A stretch of DNA of 63,802 bases, filler included, from Perkinsus chesapeaki ATCC PRA-425 (GCA_013115145.1; 7 parts of 7 records of this genome joined end to end with filler, not necessarily neighbours in it); one strand, 5' to 3'; shown: positions 11,015-24,506, counted from the first letter of the whole stretch. The notes: generated by a model from the letters alone, not told the origin. Made by a program: numbers and translations.

Positions 11015-14000
11015 ATGAGCTACTGTGAATTTTCTTTGGCGGCATCAGTGGAGGCTCATAGACCTGAGGTTTACGACTCCGACTGTGCTTTCTCTTTCAG
11101 GTATCTTTCTGCACGCTATGCGATGTCCCTTAGCGTCGACCAGGATCCAAGCGCCTCACCAAGCTGCGTTCTCGGGCATCAAGGAGCACTGCTTGGTCGA
11201 GTTGTCTGTTCGGAGTTCTCCGGTTGCAGTCAAGTCTTGACGGGGAGCCTAAGAGTGAACCCATGGGACACAGAGAAGGTTTTGAATATGCTTGATGAGA
11301 GTTTAACAATGCCCAGCCAAGAGCTGGCGAGCAGGTAGGTCGAACCTTGATGGCATTGAGAGAAAGTCGGTATAGATTCGCGCGGGACGTTTCCTATGTT
11401 ACAAGCCACAGTCTACTGAGATGGGCGCAGGGCATTATCAATGACTTGGCGAGATGCAGAGCTCATTACGTGTCCAGAATGTCCAACCCGGATGCTGATA
11501 AAGAGGTGAAGATTGAGGGAAGGAGGCGAATTGGTTGATTGTGTTACTTTTAATTTGTGATGGTTGGATGAAGACCACTTTAGGAATCTTCACTTCGTTG
11601 TAAAATATCTCCCTAGCTGACCTTCGTTTAGCGTTCAGATTCATGAAGTGTTTAGCATCATTTATAAGATATTTCTTCCCCTTTTTTGATCTTATTCGAA
11701 TAGCTCCCCTGCGCTGTGAGATGCTGTACTGCTCGTTCGTTTGCATTATTAGTGGTTCAGGTCGCTTGGGGTGTCAAGGGAAGCTGCCAAGTACTGGCTC
11801 AAATTGACGATCATAACTTTTTCAAACTCGACGTTCCGAGGGTCGTCAGGGACTACAGCAAGTCGAAGAGGAGGATATTTTTTCTCGATAATGAGGGCAC
11901 TCTGGCGCCCGATCTTAGGAGGATGTTCAGACACTCTGAAGGAGGGGTGGACAGAGAGGTACAACCGCCCCGCTGGATTTTCGAGTGGCAGGAGTTTTCC
12001 ATTCTCAGTCGAGCACGCTGTTATCTCACGGGAATCCGCCATCGGCAGCGGTGTTGGATGCACTGTCCAAGTTGTGTAGTGATCCGAGGAATACGGTTGT
12101 CATTCTTAGTGGGAGAGAGAAGTCTCTGCTGCAGGCAAGCAGAAGGGCGATGGAGAGATCGTTGTTGTTTAGTGCTGTGTATCCTTCGGAATAAGGCGTA
12201 TCTGATCCCGACTTTGGTACCATTTCCTCGCTTTGGCGCCGCTGGGACTTTACATTGATTTTCGGTCATTCCGATTTCCCTCCGGATTCCGTGTTTACAC
12301 TATGTACAGGATTATCATTATTGCCTTTGGAATCGCCCGCGGGTGTCTCACTCTGCGAAAGGGTAGAATCCCGCCTTATCAAATCTCCGATTTGTTTGAG
12401 TCTATTTCCGGTGTCTCAGGAGTGGTTCGGTTCTGTCCGAAATATCGGTCTGGCTGCGGAGCATGGGTATTATTGGAAGTTGCCGCCGAATAGCATGAAG
12501 AGGCATGCTGTGGATTCTGCGGGGAAGCTGGGCGAAGGGGTGGGTGATTAGAAAAGATTACAATAAAACATAAAACTTCAGCGGAGCGAAGCTGCTGCTA
12601 GAGAGCCTTGTTTTAGCGTCATTTCATTTAGTCGCACGATCCATCTCCAGTGGGCCCCGATGGTTGGGCGTGCCTTTTGCCCGAGGCATCGGAAGCCGAC
12701 GCGAAGAAGGCGGAGTGGAAAGCTCTGGCTGGAGAGCTCATGCGGCAGTAATTCGTGGAAAGGTGGAGGTTGAAGGTTGCATTTTGTGTCATGAAAGATA
12801 CGTATCGCGGACCCAGAATTCGTTCGTTGAAAACAAGGGATCTGCATTGGTGTGGCAGTTCAGGGATACCGATCCCGATTTTGGGCTGCATCAGGTGAGT
12901 GCATCGCTCCGCCGAGGCAGTTAAATTTCCGAACTGCTAGTCGACTACGGAATCCGCGATTGCTCGACGAGCAGTGCTCGAGCAGTCCCCGTAGATTGCT
13001 TTAGTTTTTGCTTCTCTAGGCCAAGAACCTGTATGCATCCTTAGAAGAATATCTTCAAGGCTACGATGTGGAGGTTACGATGGGGAAAGGATATGTTGAG
13101 GTAGCTCGGGTTTGAAGGGCGAACGATGTCTATGTTTTCATCAGGCCAAACTGAGGGGTGTCAACAAGGGTCTCGCGGTGCAGACGATCTTGGCCGAGCT
13201 TGCCACTGCTGGCAACGGTCAGGCGCCGGACTTTGTTATGTGTATTGGAGACGATAGGAGTGACGAGTGAGTGGAGAACGGTTAATTGCCGAATGATCCA
13301 CGAAAACAGCAACTAATTCTGGAATATCTTCTCGTGGGGGAAATGACTACTCGTCTCCGCTTGAAGTGTTCTTGTCGCTCCGCGAATGTCATCTTGCCAG
13401 TGGACGGCAACCAAGTGTCCTTTACGCTGGAGAGCTGGCTCCGAAGATTATTTCCCCCTCTCTCTCTGGGTCACTAGATAATGCTTTCATGTAACAGGTA
13501 TATGTTTGAAGCGTTGAACTCGATGTCGGTGTCATTGACAACACACCCGGACTCTCTGGATCACGCCCAGTTCGTGGCCGGGGTTGGAATAGTGCGGTCG
13601 AGTGGCGTGGAGAGGGAGGTCTCTTCTGAGGAGGAATCAGAGAAGCCATTTCAGCGAACGAAGGTGGGGCCCTGCAACAGCGACCATTGCGGGATCGGCG
13701 AACTCGGACTTCAAGGCGATCGAGCGACAGTCGCGTTTCATAGATTCTGTATGTGGTTTTAGAATTCAATTTTTGTCATCAACTTTGTGCCCTCTATCTT
13801 CTCGAGTCCAGTCGTTCCCTTCAGAGCACCCCAGCTCAACCATCAGCTACACCCAGTACGGATAACACATTCACACAGAAGATGTGGCAGAGATATTCTT
13901 CGAGGGCGAGGCCGAGTAGGACATCGGAGCCATCGTCGGGGGTAGTGGGACAATCCCGAACGATCAAAAAGAAGAAGTCCCCGAGTAGACAGGTGAGGCG

Positions 14001-15028
14001 TGACTGGGAAAAAGTACCCTTTAGTGGCGGCGTTTTATCACACCGTAATATGTCATGAGAGAGCATAACTTTCGTGGCGGAGCTGCCTCAGAGAATGCAC
14101 TCACCAAGTTGAACTCGTCATTGGCAACCTATGTACTGCATCATCAGCGAAAGTCATCTCTTAGGTTTTGATTGCTATTGGCGTGCTGCTGTCTTCGTTT
14201 GTCTCTATCAGATTTATATTTACCAACTTGTCTGTCTATCGGTTTTTTATCTCAGTCGAAGGATACGGGAGTGTATCACAAGTACACCGTGACAGTAGGG
14301 CGCAAGCCAGGCTCACAAGCCCACTATTATGTACATGATGTACACTCGGTAACGGACCTGCTCGGTAGACTGGCGGATGAGACTATTTGTCCACGTATGG
14401 AAGCCAGTGAGGAGAGCGCCGATGGTGCATCACCAGGGGGCACACAAATGTGGGTTCATGGTGGGAAGTTTATTACTTTCATACATTTGTATGGGATATT
14501 GTGATAACGTCGGGTGTTGACTAAAGGCTCTTGATCGATTTATACTGCGTGGTGTGAATGTGGGAGTGAAATAATGTACTGTAGCACGGTTCGCCTTTTG
14601 TAAGAGGCACGGAGTAGCTAGAAGTCACCACCTGCTCTCAACTTATTGTATGTGCGTTCCTCTTGAGCAAATTACAAATTCTTAGTTATCGAAGCCCGCA
14701 ATAGTTTGCCATACGAATACTCTTTTCGGCTACCCTATTACTGCTCATTTGTTCTTGTTCTTCAATCAGGTTTGCAGTCCAGATCGCACAGACAGTGCCT
14801 GCAGGTGGAAGTGCGCAATTTGCGAAGCCATCGAAGATTGAGGCATCTCCGATTGAAGAGGGTGACAGCCAAGAGGAGGAGGAGGGAAATGAGCCATCGA
14901 GTGAGAAGCTCCCATTTCGGTTCAGTTCCATCGTCGCTCGTTCAGGCCCTAGTCGCCCACCTGTGTGGGAAATCAAGTTTTCCAACGCGGACTCGTCCGA
15001 CTCTCTCAACGGCGATGGCAGTGAGTGA
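11015..15028 (+). CDS. Trehalose-6-phosphate synthase/phosphatase (TPS/TPP) fusion, 3' part, multi-exon
   Basis: SEFSGCSQVLTGSLRVNPW; FFLDNEGTL; VVILSGR; GLAAEHG; ENKGSALVWQFRDTDPDFG; GKGYVE/AKLRGVNKG; CIGDDRSDE/YMFEAL; TVGRKPGSQAHYYV. The 5' end probably lies before or in the gap; the 3' end (14.5 or 15.0 kb) is uncertain. Confidence 0.9.
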
Positions 15029-15963
15029 TCATTTGCCTTATCATGGAGACCGTACCATTGTGTGTGATGCACCACACCGATAACATTTTTACAGTTTTGC
15101 TGCTCTACTATGACGGAAGATTTCGTTTAGCTTGAACACATGTTGAATTAGTTCTAGTCAATATAAAGACCAATCGGCACCTTCAAGGAGCCAATAGACC
15201 AGACTGGTCTGACCAGTCAAATATCGGGACACAATCTGCGAGTATATACTTGGTTTGGCTCAAGGTCTTCACGGTCTCACAACTAGACCTTCTAAACCGA
15301 TCTAGCAGGACGTCGAGGTGGTGAGATAATTCTCCTCTTGCAGTGCTTTGCTCTGGTATCTTCATGGACATCCGTATTACTATGTTGACCTATGATGGGA
15401 GTCCTGCCTGACAGAGAGTCAGCTAGCTGTACGTAAATGTGCCCCTGGAGAGTCAAACGTTGTTCGGAACAACTTGTTCCTAAGGCGGAAATGCTGTGAA
15501 AAACCTCATAGGAATAGGTTCCTAGAGCAAAAGTTTACATCAAGCGCATTCCTTGTGGGCCTAACAAATAATGTTCCCCTATGAGCCTCTGCTGCCCGAT
15601 TGACTTTGTCGTTTTCCGAGGCCGCTAGAGTCTATTTTTTGGTTGCCAGAATAACTCCAATCTTTTATTCGTCATTACTAGTTCTCAACCCTGCATGATT
15701 CTTCTAGCTAATCAAACAGATATCTGCTTGGGATCTTTGTGAAATATCGAGAGCAGCCGTGAGAGAACTGTAAAAGGTGAGAAACCGAGGAGGAGCTCAA
15801 ACTTTCTAGCGCGCTCTTCCCCCTATAAGAACCTCTAGGGTGGGTGTGTGCTTAAAAAGTTTCGTAACGCGGGAACATCGTACTTTACCTTAAATTCTTA
15901 GAGTGCTCTTCGAACCCGACTCGTCGAACCACAAAACTCGAAGTCAGATGGTGTCGATTCTGG

Positions 15964-16010
15964 GCCCGATCGATCGACATTTCTACACTAGAAATGTCGA
16001 TCGATCGGGC
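15964..16010. repeat. Perfect hairpin, 22-bp arms, 3-nt loop
   Basis: gcccgatcgatcgacatttcta-cac-tagaaatgtcgatcgatcgggc. Confidence 0.97.
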
Positions 16011-17585
16011 AATCAAACGAACGGAGGAGGGAATCCAACGATGGTTATCCAATCGATCAAAAAACAACGTTGAGCCAACAATGATTCACGATCTCAAATT
16101 AATCGTTTAACCAAGTAGCTTGGGTAACCAACCATCGCGTGCGCGTATCTCATCAACAAAAAGTCACAATAAGCCACTCCAAACGGCGCTTCTTCACAGT
16201 CCAGTAGCCACGCGCGTTAGGCGAGCGTGCGCTCCTTAACTTGCTCCCCGGTTGCTCCAGAAAACCAGACGCTCTGTTTGAAAGGGTAGAAGTGCCAATC
16301 TGTAAACCGATGGTGCTGATTTGCTAAAGCGTATAATGCAGTGGACAACGGTTCAATACCTGGGATTGTAAATTGCGATTTATTATCCAGCCGAGAGCGA
16401 ATGCTCCTAGAAACCGGCCACGGCGAGGCAGATCTACTGGAGCGCCACGTGAAATTTGAGTCAAACCTTTCTTCAGGAGTGTTTTTCATGGGTCATTTGT
16501 GTTGCAAAGCCGAGGGTAGCTATAACGAGATTGTGACGCGGCTTCGCGATGAGCTCTGTATGCCGTAGGCATCGAGGGATTGTGCGTTGGCAGCGCCAAG
16601 CCGGCCCTGCCAGCGCATGACAGATTCTGTCAGACAGAACCTCGGCTTGTGCACCCCATAATCTTTGCAAGGCTTGGTTTCCAAGTGTCGACACGAATCC
16701 TTTCTGAGCGCTTAGCTTATCAGAAGGCGCTGACTCGTATTCTGTATCCTCCGGGAGGATTCCTCTCTACGTATCCTGTATATGTAGCTTAATTGCACGT
16801 TCGCTATTGGGTTTTGTTCTCGCTTTTGGGTCTTAGCCTAACTGTCTTCGGAGTGTTAGGGTCTCAGACCGCTGCTGCTCTACTCCTTTGGGTAGATGTC
16901 GTATCTACAGCTTTCGTTTGACAAGCGAACATTCAACTTATTGAACTTTTGTGCTATCCTCTTTGATGAGTGAAAGAGAGAGCTGAAGTATAGTCGTACG
17001 CGTGCCACTGCGTTTGTGCAACCGAATGTAGCGAACTTCGATGCATAACCCTCTTCGCTGTAGGCCCGTAGGAGTGGCGTAACTCTTTAAGAGCTCCGGT
17101 GGGTTGCAACCGCTCGTATCGTCTATATGGGTTAGCATGTATTAGAGCACGTAGTAGGCATGAGTACCCGATTGGGTCCTCGTTACAAGGTACACGTGCG
17201 GTACGAGAATCTCACATCGCACGTGTACCTCCGCTAGTGGAGCGCGCCCTTCCTGGTGGCTTAAGCTACGTGAAACCTGATCAATCGTGCTTGTTAGTCG
17301 AGTCCTGGCTTCCAGTCCGGGCTGAGGGTTTCACGATCCTGAGGTTTCTTCTTATCCTTAGTTGTCTCGTCTCTCACTTGTGTTTGAGAAGCGACTCTTA
17401 TCATCTAACCCAAACTAAAAGCCCATCTTCTTTAATCAAGCCCGATACGAAATGATGTAACACTAGTTCATCCATACAAGTTTGTCTCCCAGCCGGATTG
17501 CGGTGTTCACAGTTCGTATTCGCCCTTTTCACTTGGTGGGTTTCTCAGGCCGTTATATCTTATCTCTCTCCTGGTACACAGTGCG

Positions 17586-18098
17586 ATGTCCGTTGATGAT
17601 GGTTCTATCTTTGCCGGAAGATTCCACAACGATTGGTTGGGTCCTAATACAGTCGAGTACGAGATCTATTTCTATACTGAAAATGGTGTTAGCTATATGG
17701 ATATTGCACTCAATGCATTCGTCGAACCATTTGGGTTTGGTACAGTGGCTATGCGCAGACTGCGCTATACGGAATACGAATTCGCTAGACACAACGGTAT
17801 CAGCCCTGACTGGGAGTCTGCCAGTCAAGAAGCTCTCGCAGCTCGTCAGCAAATGGCGCAAATATTGAAGCAAGTGTTTTATGGTATTGCTTTGCGGAGT
17901 AACGATGCCCGTTTCCCCAATCCGGAAACCTTCCTTAACACAATTGTTTACAATCCGTTAAATCCATCTTTGCTTATAGGTCTGACCGAGCGGATTCTAC
18001 CGAACCCGCCATATGTCCGGATTGCTGATCCTGTGGAACTGTTTCCTCTTGACGGAGCTGCCGCGGCCATCCGAGTATGTACAGTTTTCCGGGAATAA
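17586..18098 (+). CDS. Hypothetical protein, tandem paralogue 1
   Basis: 170-aa ORF aligning by eye with 18725-19195 (YxIYF..xxGVxYMDI, LRYTE..F.R..GISPDW.SAS, RSxDxRFPNPxTFLxTIVY). A 5' exon probably lies upstream. Confidence 0.75.
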   Translation: MSVDDGSIFAGRFHNDWLGPNTVEYEIYFYTENGVSYMDIALNAFVEPFGFGTVAMRRLRYTEYEFARHNGISPDWESASQEALAARQQMAQILKQVFYGIALRSNDARFPNPETFLNTIVYNPLNPSLLIGLTERILPNPPYVRIADPVELFPLDGAAAAIRVCTVFRE

Positions 18099-18623
18099 GC
18101 TTCCTTAGTGTCAGAGATTGGGATGCTTCGTAGTCCAGCGTTCGAACTGCTTCATTCCTTCGATAGCCGTGGCTGCAATTCTGGACAACTGTGCATTATT
18201 TTTTACATCGTATGATCACTTTTTCTCGAGGTGTTTGCCTCGTGGGTCAGCACGAGCGGGCTCGCGGGCCATAATCCTACCATCATTCGTTTCCTGCTAC
18301 TAGTGTTGAGTTCCTACAATCCTACTCTTACTTAAGTTCGCTATGACTTGTTGGTTGAGTTTGGTGTATACGCCTAGAGATACCAAGGTGTAACTAGGCG
18401 ATGCTCGTCCCGAGCAGCTCGTGTTCGGCTCGCCGTCGAAGTTCTGACGTTATAATCTCATTTGTCGTACTGCTCCGTGAAATCGGCTGTCGCATCTGTA
18501 GCTTGCACCCTAGAAGCGACTCATATCATCCCCGTTGATCGAGGCCCTTTTTGACGACACTATTCATATCCGTATACAACTGGAAGTCTCACAGTTCAGT
18601 GGGTATCCCCTTCCCTTTACTTG

Positions 18624-19195
18624 ATGAGTTGTCTCCGCCAGCTGCTTCTTATCTCCGTTCTGGTACAGGCCGCTGTATCTGTCGCTCATGGCTCTCTCTT
18701 TAAGGAGGATACACCAACCCTTGGATGGCTGGTGGATGGCTCGATTACTCTATCTACTTTCGTACTCGAGACGGGGTTGACTATATGGATATCTCGCTTG
18801 TCGCATACGTCCCGGAGCTTGGCCCGGAGCGTGGGAATTTTTTCCTGGTCATGAATGGCCTACGATACACAGAACACAGCTTCGGTAGATATCATGGCAT
18901 CAGCCCTGACTGGGACTCTGCCAGTGCAGAGAATCAAGCAATTCGTCGACGAATGGCTTTGGAATTACAGTTCGTATTTTATTTCGTTGGCGTGAGGAGC
19001 GATGACCACCGTTTCCCGAATCCGGATACCTTCCTTGACACCATCGTCTATGATACGCAGGATTCGTCGTTGATCATAAGTCAGACTGAACCTCCTCCGG
19101 GGCCACCATTTGTCACGTTTGGTGATGCTATTCGCCTGCCGCTTCTCACTGCGGGAGCCGCTGTGGCCCCTATCGTCTGTTCTCTCAGTCATTAA
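18624..19195 (+). CDS. Hypothetical, probably secreted protein, tandem paralogue 2
   Basis: Signal-like MSCLRQLLLISVLVQ exon, then the 156-aa ORF paralogous to 17586-18098. Confidence 0.72.
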
Positions 19196-20009
19196 CCTCC
19201 TCCTCCGGTGTGGGAGTGTGAAGAGATTCTATTGGCGTGTTAGGTGTTTGCTGGTACTGCGGCAGTACCAGCAGTACTACTGACAGCCTTGTGGTGGTGT
19301 TATATGCGCTCCTATTATAGCTTAGAGGTACATGGAGCAGTTGGTTGAATGTATGCCCCTTTTCTAGTGGCCCATACCGCACATTTTTATCGTCACTTAA
19401 GAAGAAACTGTTGAGTTGCTCAGAATATCGACCATTGTCAACATCTGCTGCAGATGTTTGTAGTACATACTGTGCCGATGGTGAACTCTCTAAGCTTCCT
19501 CAATTCTCTATCTTTGCATGAACCAGACTTGGATTAGCACACGAGTGGGCCCTCGTACCAAGGTCGTATCGCTATGATTGATGCGCTCACAACACATTTC
19601 TGGCAGTGCTGAGTTTTCAGTCAACTCAATAACTGGTGCTAATCATGGCCATTGAGTCGAAGCTCTTGCTCCGTTGACCCGCTAATTCTTGCCGCAGCAA
19701 GTGCCAGTATTGCTCTCCCGGAGATCATATGCGTTTAAAAGATCCTGGTGCTTCTATATGTCAGTCAGACGGGCTCAGTCATGCGCCCAACTATAACTGA
19801 CTCCTATTTGGTATTGTCTTCCCCAATCAGTCGAAGACAGCAGTAGTTTCACTGTTCAATAAAATGAATGTTCTCGTTTTTGAACGTGAATCGAGCTCTT
19901 GTGGGACACGTGCTCCACCCGTCTAGAATGTCAACTCAGCGAGCCTCGGCGACACGTTAGAATTCTGTGCACTTCCTTCCGCTCATCATCAAGGAGGTCA
20001 GGGGAGCAA

Positions 20010-22443
20010 AATCTGGCAGCATTTTGTCGTATGTCGACTGCTACCACTCATCACGCGGCTACCGCCGCTGCAGCATTCTCTGAACTTCTCAATACATCTG
20101 TCTCGGGTACAAGACCACCCTCCGATAGTTGCGATTCACGCTTGATCATATCGAACAATCAATCGATGGCCTTGCATCATCTACCCTATGCACCTATTCA
20201 ACTGCGTCTCATTTTAGAACACCTTTCCGCGGATGACAACTTGAGCCCGACGTCATCACGCCAGCCACTAACTGGAGACTCGACTCCCCTGGTCATCCCG
20301 CCCACCAAAATGAGAGAGACCACCAGTCGTTCAGGCAAGATGCATCATCAGCGTGCGACTTGGCCTGAAGAGCAGTCTCTGTGTGCAGGCGATACATCAT
20401 ACGAGTACGGCTTGCCGCGCGCCCAAGGATACAGGCGAATGTCTCGTGAGATGCGTGGCATGTAACTTACTTTTGCATGTGTCCAATCGGCTAGGCACCA
20501 ACCGTGGAGGAGAGCTCCCTTTGATGCTGCCTCGCAGTGATGGCACAGGTGAACAGCGCCGCAGCACGTTCTATTCTTGACTATAGCGGGGCTGTAGAGT
20601 CTATTGTGTGGACACCTCACGACTCGCTTTCTCACTACCACAATTTGTCCATTTACCGTTCGAAGAGAGTAGAGTATCTACAGTACTCTGATAATGACTA
20701 TCAGATGCAAAAGAGCTAATCAAATATGCTATTAAGCTGTTCAGAGAAGACGCTCTAAGCAAATCTCAGGTAGCCGGAGAGGGCTTGTCGTTCCCAAACC
20801 GCACTTTCCTGTGCATTTTGGGCTGTGTGATTAGGCGATGCTGGTGCAGGATTTTTGCCGAGACCCAGGCAGAGCGGCAGAGTGTGCCATTGTTAATGGA
20901 ACTTTAGACGAACAAGATGATGAGGTAACATGCGAGCAGCTGAGTACCTGTTGATCTAGTTTCTGATTCAAGGACCGCAAGCTTCACATGCAAATGTGGG
21001 TTCATAATCTAGAAAAGGCCGAGAGGGCCTCCGCTTCTGGTAATTGGCTGTCATCCAAGGATCCCCATCAGCCACCTTTGGGGCAACTGAATCACATTAA
21101 TCTTGCCAACAGCATGACACTGTCGGGGTGAGATGGTCATTAGTTGTCCTGGTATACGGCGCGAACTATGGGCTAGACGCGTTCAGGATCCTGTCAGACA
21201 ACTACTGTATACTGTGTTCACGATGATTATATACATGTTACATCACAAGACAGAGTGCGGCGGACGGCGTAATTAACATTCACAAAGCGAGAGCTTCTTT
21301 TTATAGGGATACTCTGAGTGTCATACTCATCACTATGATCTAGTCGCTCAAAACAGCGCAATCTATGGGCTGAATTAGCCCACAACGAGTATACCCATCT
21401 GTGCTGGGATTTTTGTATCTTCTCGCCTAAACATACTAGCTCTGGTAGGCAAAGTACACGAGCACCGTCGCCATACATCCCCAGTCCAGTCGCCAGTAGC
21501 CCTGCTAACTCAACGATCCACAACTATATGGCTGCTGGAGCGCTGCAGCAGCAGACCCTCAATTGGCAGCAACACTCTGCGTGAGACAAGCTGAAACCTT
21601 ACCCTGGCGTGTGCGATGAAGCGAAGGGCATGTCCTGGAGGCTTGCTTCTCTACAGGAACGTTCCAGGCGTTGCTAGTCTAGGAGGGATATACGCACATC
21701 ACCATCATCAGATTTATCAGGTGAGCTCTGATTGATGCTCACCTTCACGGCGGCCAGGCCATCGTATAGCGCTCAGGTTGGCAGCTGTGCTTCTCCGGGG
21801 CCTAGCAGCCCCCAGTTCAGCCCCTATGGTGCCGTTGGACAGCATATGGAGGGTGGGTGTCAAGCATCCATAGCTCTGAATTGTCATCATGAGTGTCCTA
21901 TGTGAATTCGCAAACTTCCGGACGGCTGGCTATATGGCGATTGCTCTGCTAACATCGTTTTAGGGAGCATTGGCGTGAGTCTTGCTTCACCGAATGCGGC
22001 ATCACCATCACTGTATGGGAAGCAACAGCAGGTGCTAATAGCCCCGTGCTATCATCCCGGCTATGGTGGACCATCAAGGTGTTGGTAGGGTGCCCCGGAG
22101 TTAAGAAGGCCTCAGCCGAGTAGGCTGCAACAGCAACAGCAGAGACTCGATCCAGAGGATGTGTAAGTAACCATTATATCCATACCACATCATAATGCTT
22201 AGACCGCTGGAGCTGATGCCTACTGGGACGCCCCCTCTACCGATTAGTCGATCCCCGAGCCCGACACTCCCGTCTCCAGCAGCAGAGGACGCATCACATC
22301 GGACATCCCATACTGGCGGTCGGTGCGCAGTAGAGATGGGGTTCCTAGCCTCATCGCCGCCCTTTGCCTCGTCGTCACCTCCTAGCCTGCCCTCTGCTCC
22401 TGCAGTACCGTCTCCGATTCACCGCGGATTACTAGACAGGTAG
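20010..22443 (+). CDS. Low-complexity (S/P/Q-rich) multi-exon gene, duplicate A, possibly degenerate
   Basis: Shares ordered blocks with unit B: EHLSADD..SP.SSR, RRMS, KLFR, DRKLHMQMWVHNLEKA, SLASPNA, PLELMP.GTPPLP.SRSPSPTLP. Confidence 0.5.
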
Positions 22444-22499
22444 ATTCTGCAGAGCATGGTCCCTAAAGCTCCCTGAATTCAGAGATGACCACGCAGGAA

Positions 22500-24506
22500 G
22501 CAGCTGAAAGAGAACTCACTATGATCATTCCAAGCAGTCTTCGTGACGTGTTGGGTTGCCTCGAGAAGCTTCACAGAAACACTTCCGCTCGTGAAGCACC
22601 TTTCCGTCCATGTCCAGCCATCATGATTCTCGTTCGTTCGCCGAGTTGTTGAACACTTCAGTGTCCGGTAAGATGACCCGGTACATCCAACAACAGTTTT
22701 CGTTCATCGTTCAGAGCACCTATCGGCCGATGACAGTTTCAGCCCCGCCTCCTCCAGACGTTCAGATCGTTTAGCGGCAGGGCAGACTCCGGAATCAACG
22801 CGACCAACAGAAGGCTTAAGGGAGTGCCCACCGACCGAGGACATCAGTCGTCTTAGCGCTGGTGCGAGCTTTAATATTACGATTAGCCTAAAGCACGACA
22901 TGTTAGTTCTCAGCCATCACAGTATGCAGACAGGTCGGCCTCAAGTCGGCAGGAGGATGTCGAGTAAGCCCAAACTTCCTGATAGGCCATAACACGGTCT
23001 ACTTAGGGGCTACCCGCGGCGGTGACTTGTCGAGCCTAACGCAGGCAACTGACGACCTAGTTGACGACTGTATTCCAAGGAATAGTAGCCAAATGGTCAT
23101 CTGGGCGATACGACGGTGCTGTGAACTTCAGATAATATTAAAGGGCATTCAGCGCCTTTGCAACTGATAATGTACGCCATCAAGCTGTTCAGGAGAGGAG
23201 TAATCTCCAAGGATCAGGTGAAGAATAGCAATACCTCCAATTGAAGGACTGCTTATATGCAGGCTACCTTGGTACAAGACTTCTGCCTAGATTCGACATC
23301 GAATCGAGAGCAGTGCGATACTATGCGAGCCACGCTGGAGATATCTAGTGATGAGGAGGTAAGCGGGGGAATCAGCTAATGCAGCTTACTGTGTGTTCAG
23401 GACCGCCAACTTGCTATGGAAATGTGGGTCACCAATTTGGAGAAGGCAGACGCGAGGCGAGCGATGATTAACAAGGAGTACAGTGAGCGTAGACAACTGC
23501 CGGAGCTGAGCCCGGCTCACCTGGGCAGCGTTATCAGCTCTTCAGGGTAAACGCCCTGCTGGGGCGCGCCGTAGGGCAAGCGGTGTGTCAGGCAAAGCAC
23601 TCGAGCTCCATCGCCCTACTGCCCAAGTCCGGCAGCTAGCAGCCCCGCAAACTCAGCTATTTATAATCATATGGCCGCAGGAGCATTACAGCAACAGGCA
23701 CTCCACTGGCAACAGCAGCAACAACAACAACATAACGGGTGGCGAGCTTTTAGTGCGTGATGTGCCTTACGATTGTCTCTTCAGAAGCTTCCATCCTGGG
23801 CAGCAGTTTGGCCCTTATTTTCCCAGCGGCAGCATGCAAACCTCGTACCAGGTGAATTGAGGGGCACCGCTGGGCTTCACCTGGAGTGAACCACTTCTGT
23901 TTTTGTGTAGCCCATGCAGTGCGCTTCTCCGGCGCCGGCCAGTCCGCAATCCTTCTTTGCCGGTTCACATGGTGGTGTGCTACAACAAATGGAGGGTGGG
24001 TAATCGAGTACACTAATAGTGGCAATTTCACGCAGGTGCGAGTGTTGTGAACATGTCACTGGCGTCTCCCAATGCAGGATCTCAGACGACCATGGCCGAC
24101 ATGTCCGGTATAGCTGGCTGTCAGTTGCAGCAGGTGGGTTCCGCAAACTTGCGCGGTTACCAAAAGCTTAGGCGCCAGAACTGCGCCGTCCGCAACCTAG
24201 CAGGCTCAATCCGAGGGCGCAGTCAGAGTCTGGCGGCCAGAATGAGGATGTGTAGGCGCATTCATAGCGTTGAGCAGTCTCGCTATTAGTCCGCTTGAGC
24301 TGATGCCCATGGGCACTCCGCCGTTGCCGCATAGCCGATCGCCCAGCCCGACCCTTCCTACACCGCCGGGCCAGTCTTCTATAGTGTTCAGTTCACACGG
24401 GCCCGGTGGACCACACGGACTGATAGGCACCCAACTGAGGCCACTAGGAACGCCTCCACCAGGGATGATGATTCACATGCAGTCACCCTCAAACACCGTG
24501 ATGTAG
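22500..24506 (+). CDS. Low-complexity multi-exon gene, duplicate B
   Basis: EHLSADDSFSPASSR, AIKLFRRG, DRQLAMEMWVTNLEKADARR, SLASPNAG, PLELMPMGTPPLPHSRSPSPTLP, matching unit A in order. Confidence 0.55.
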
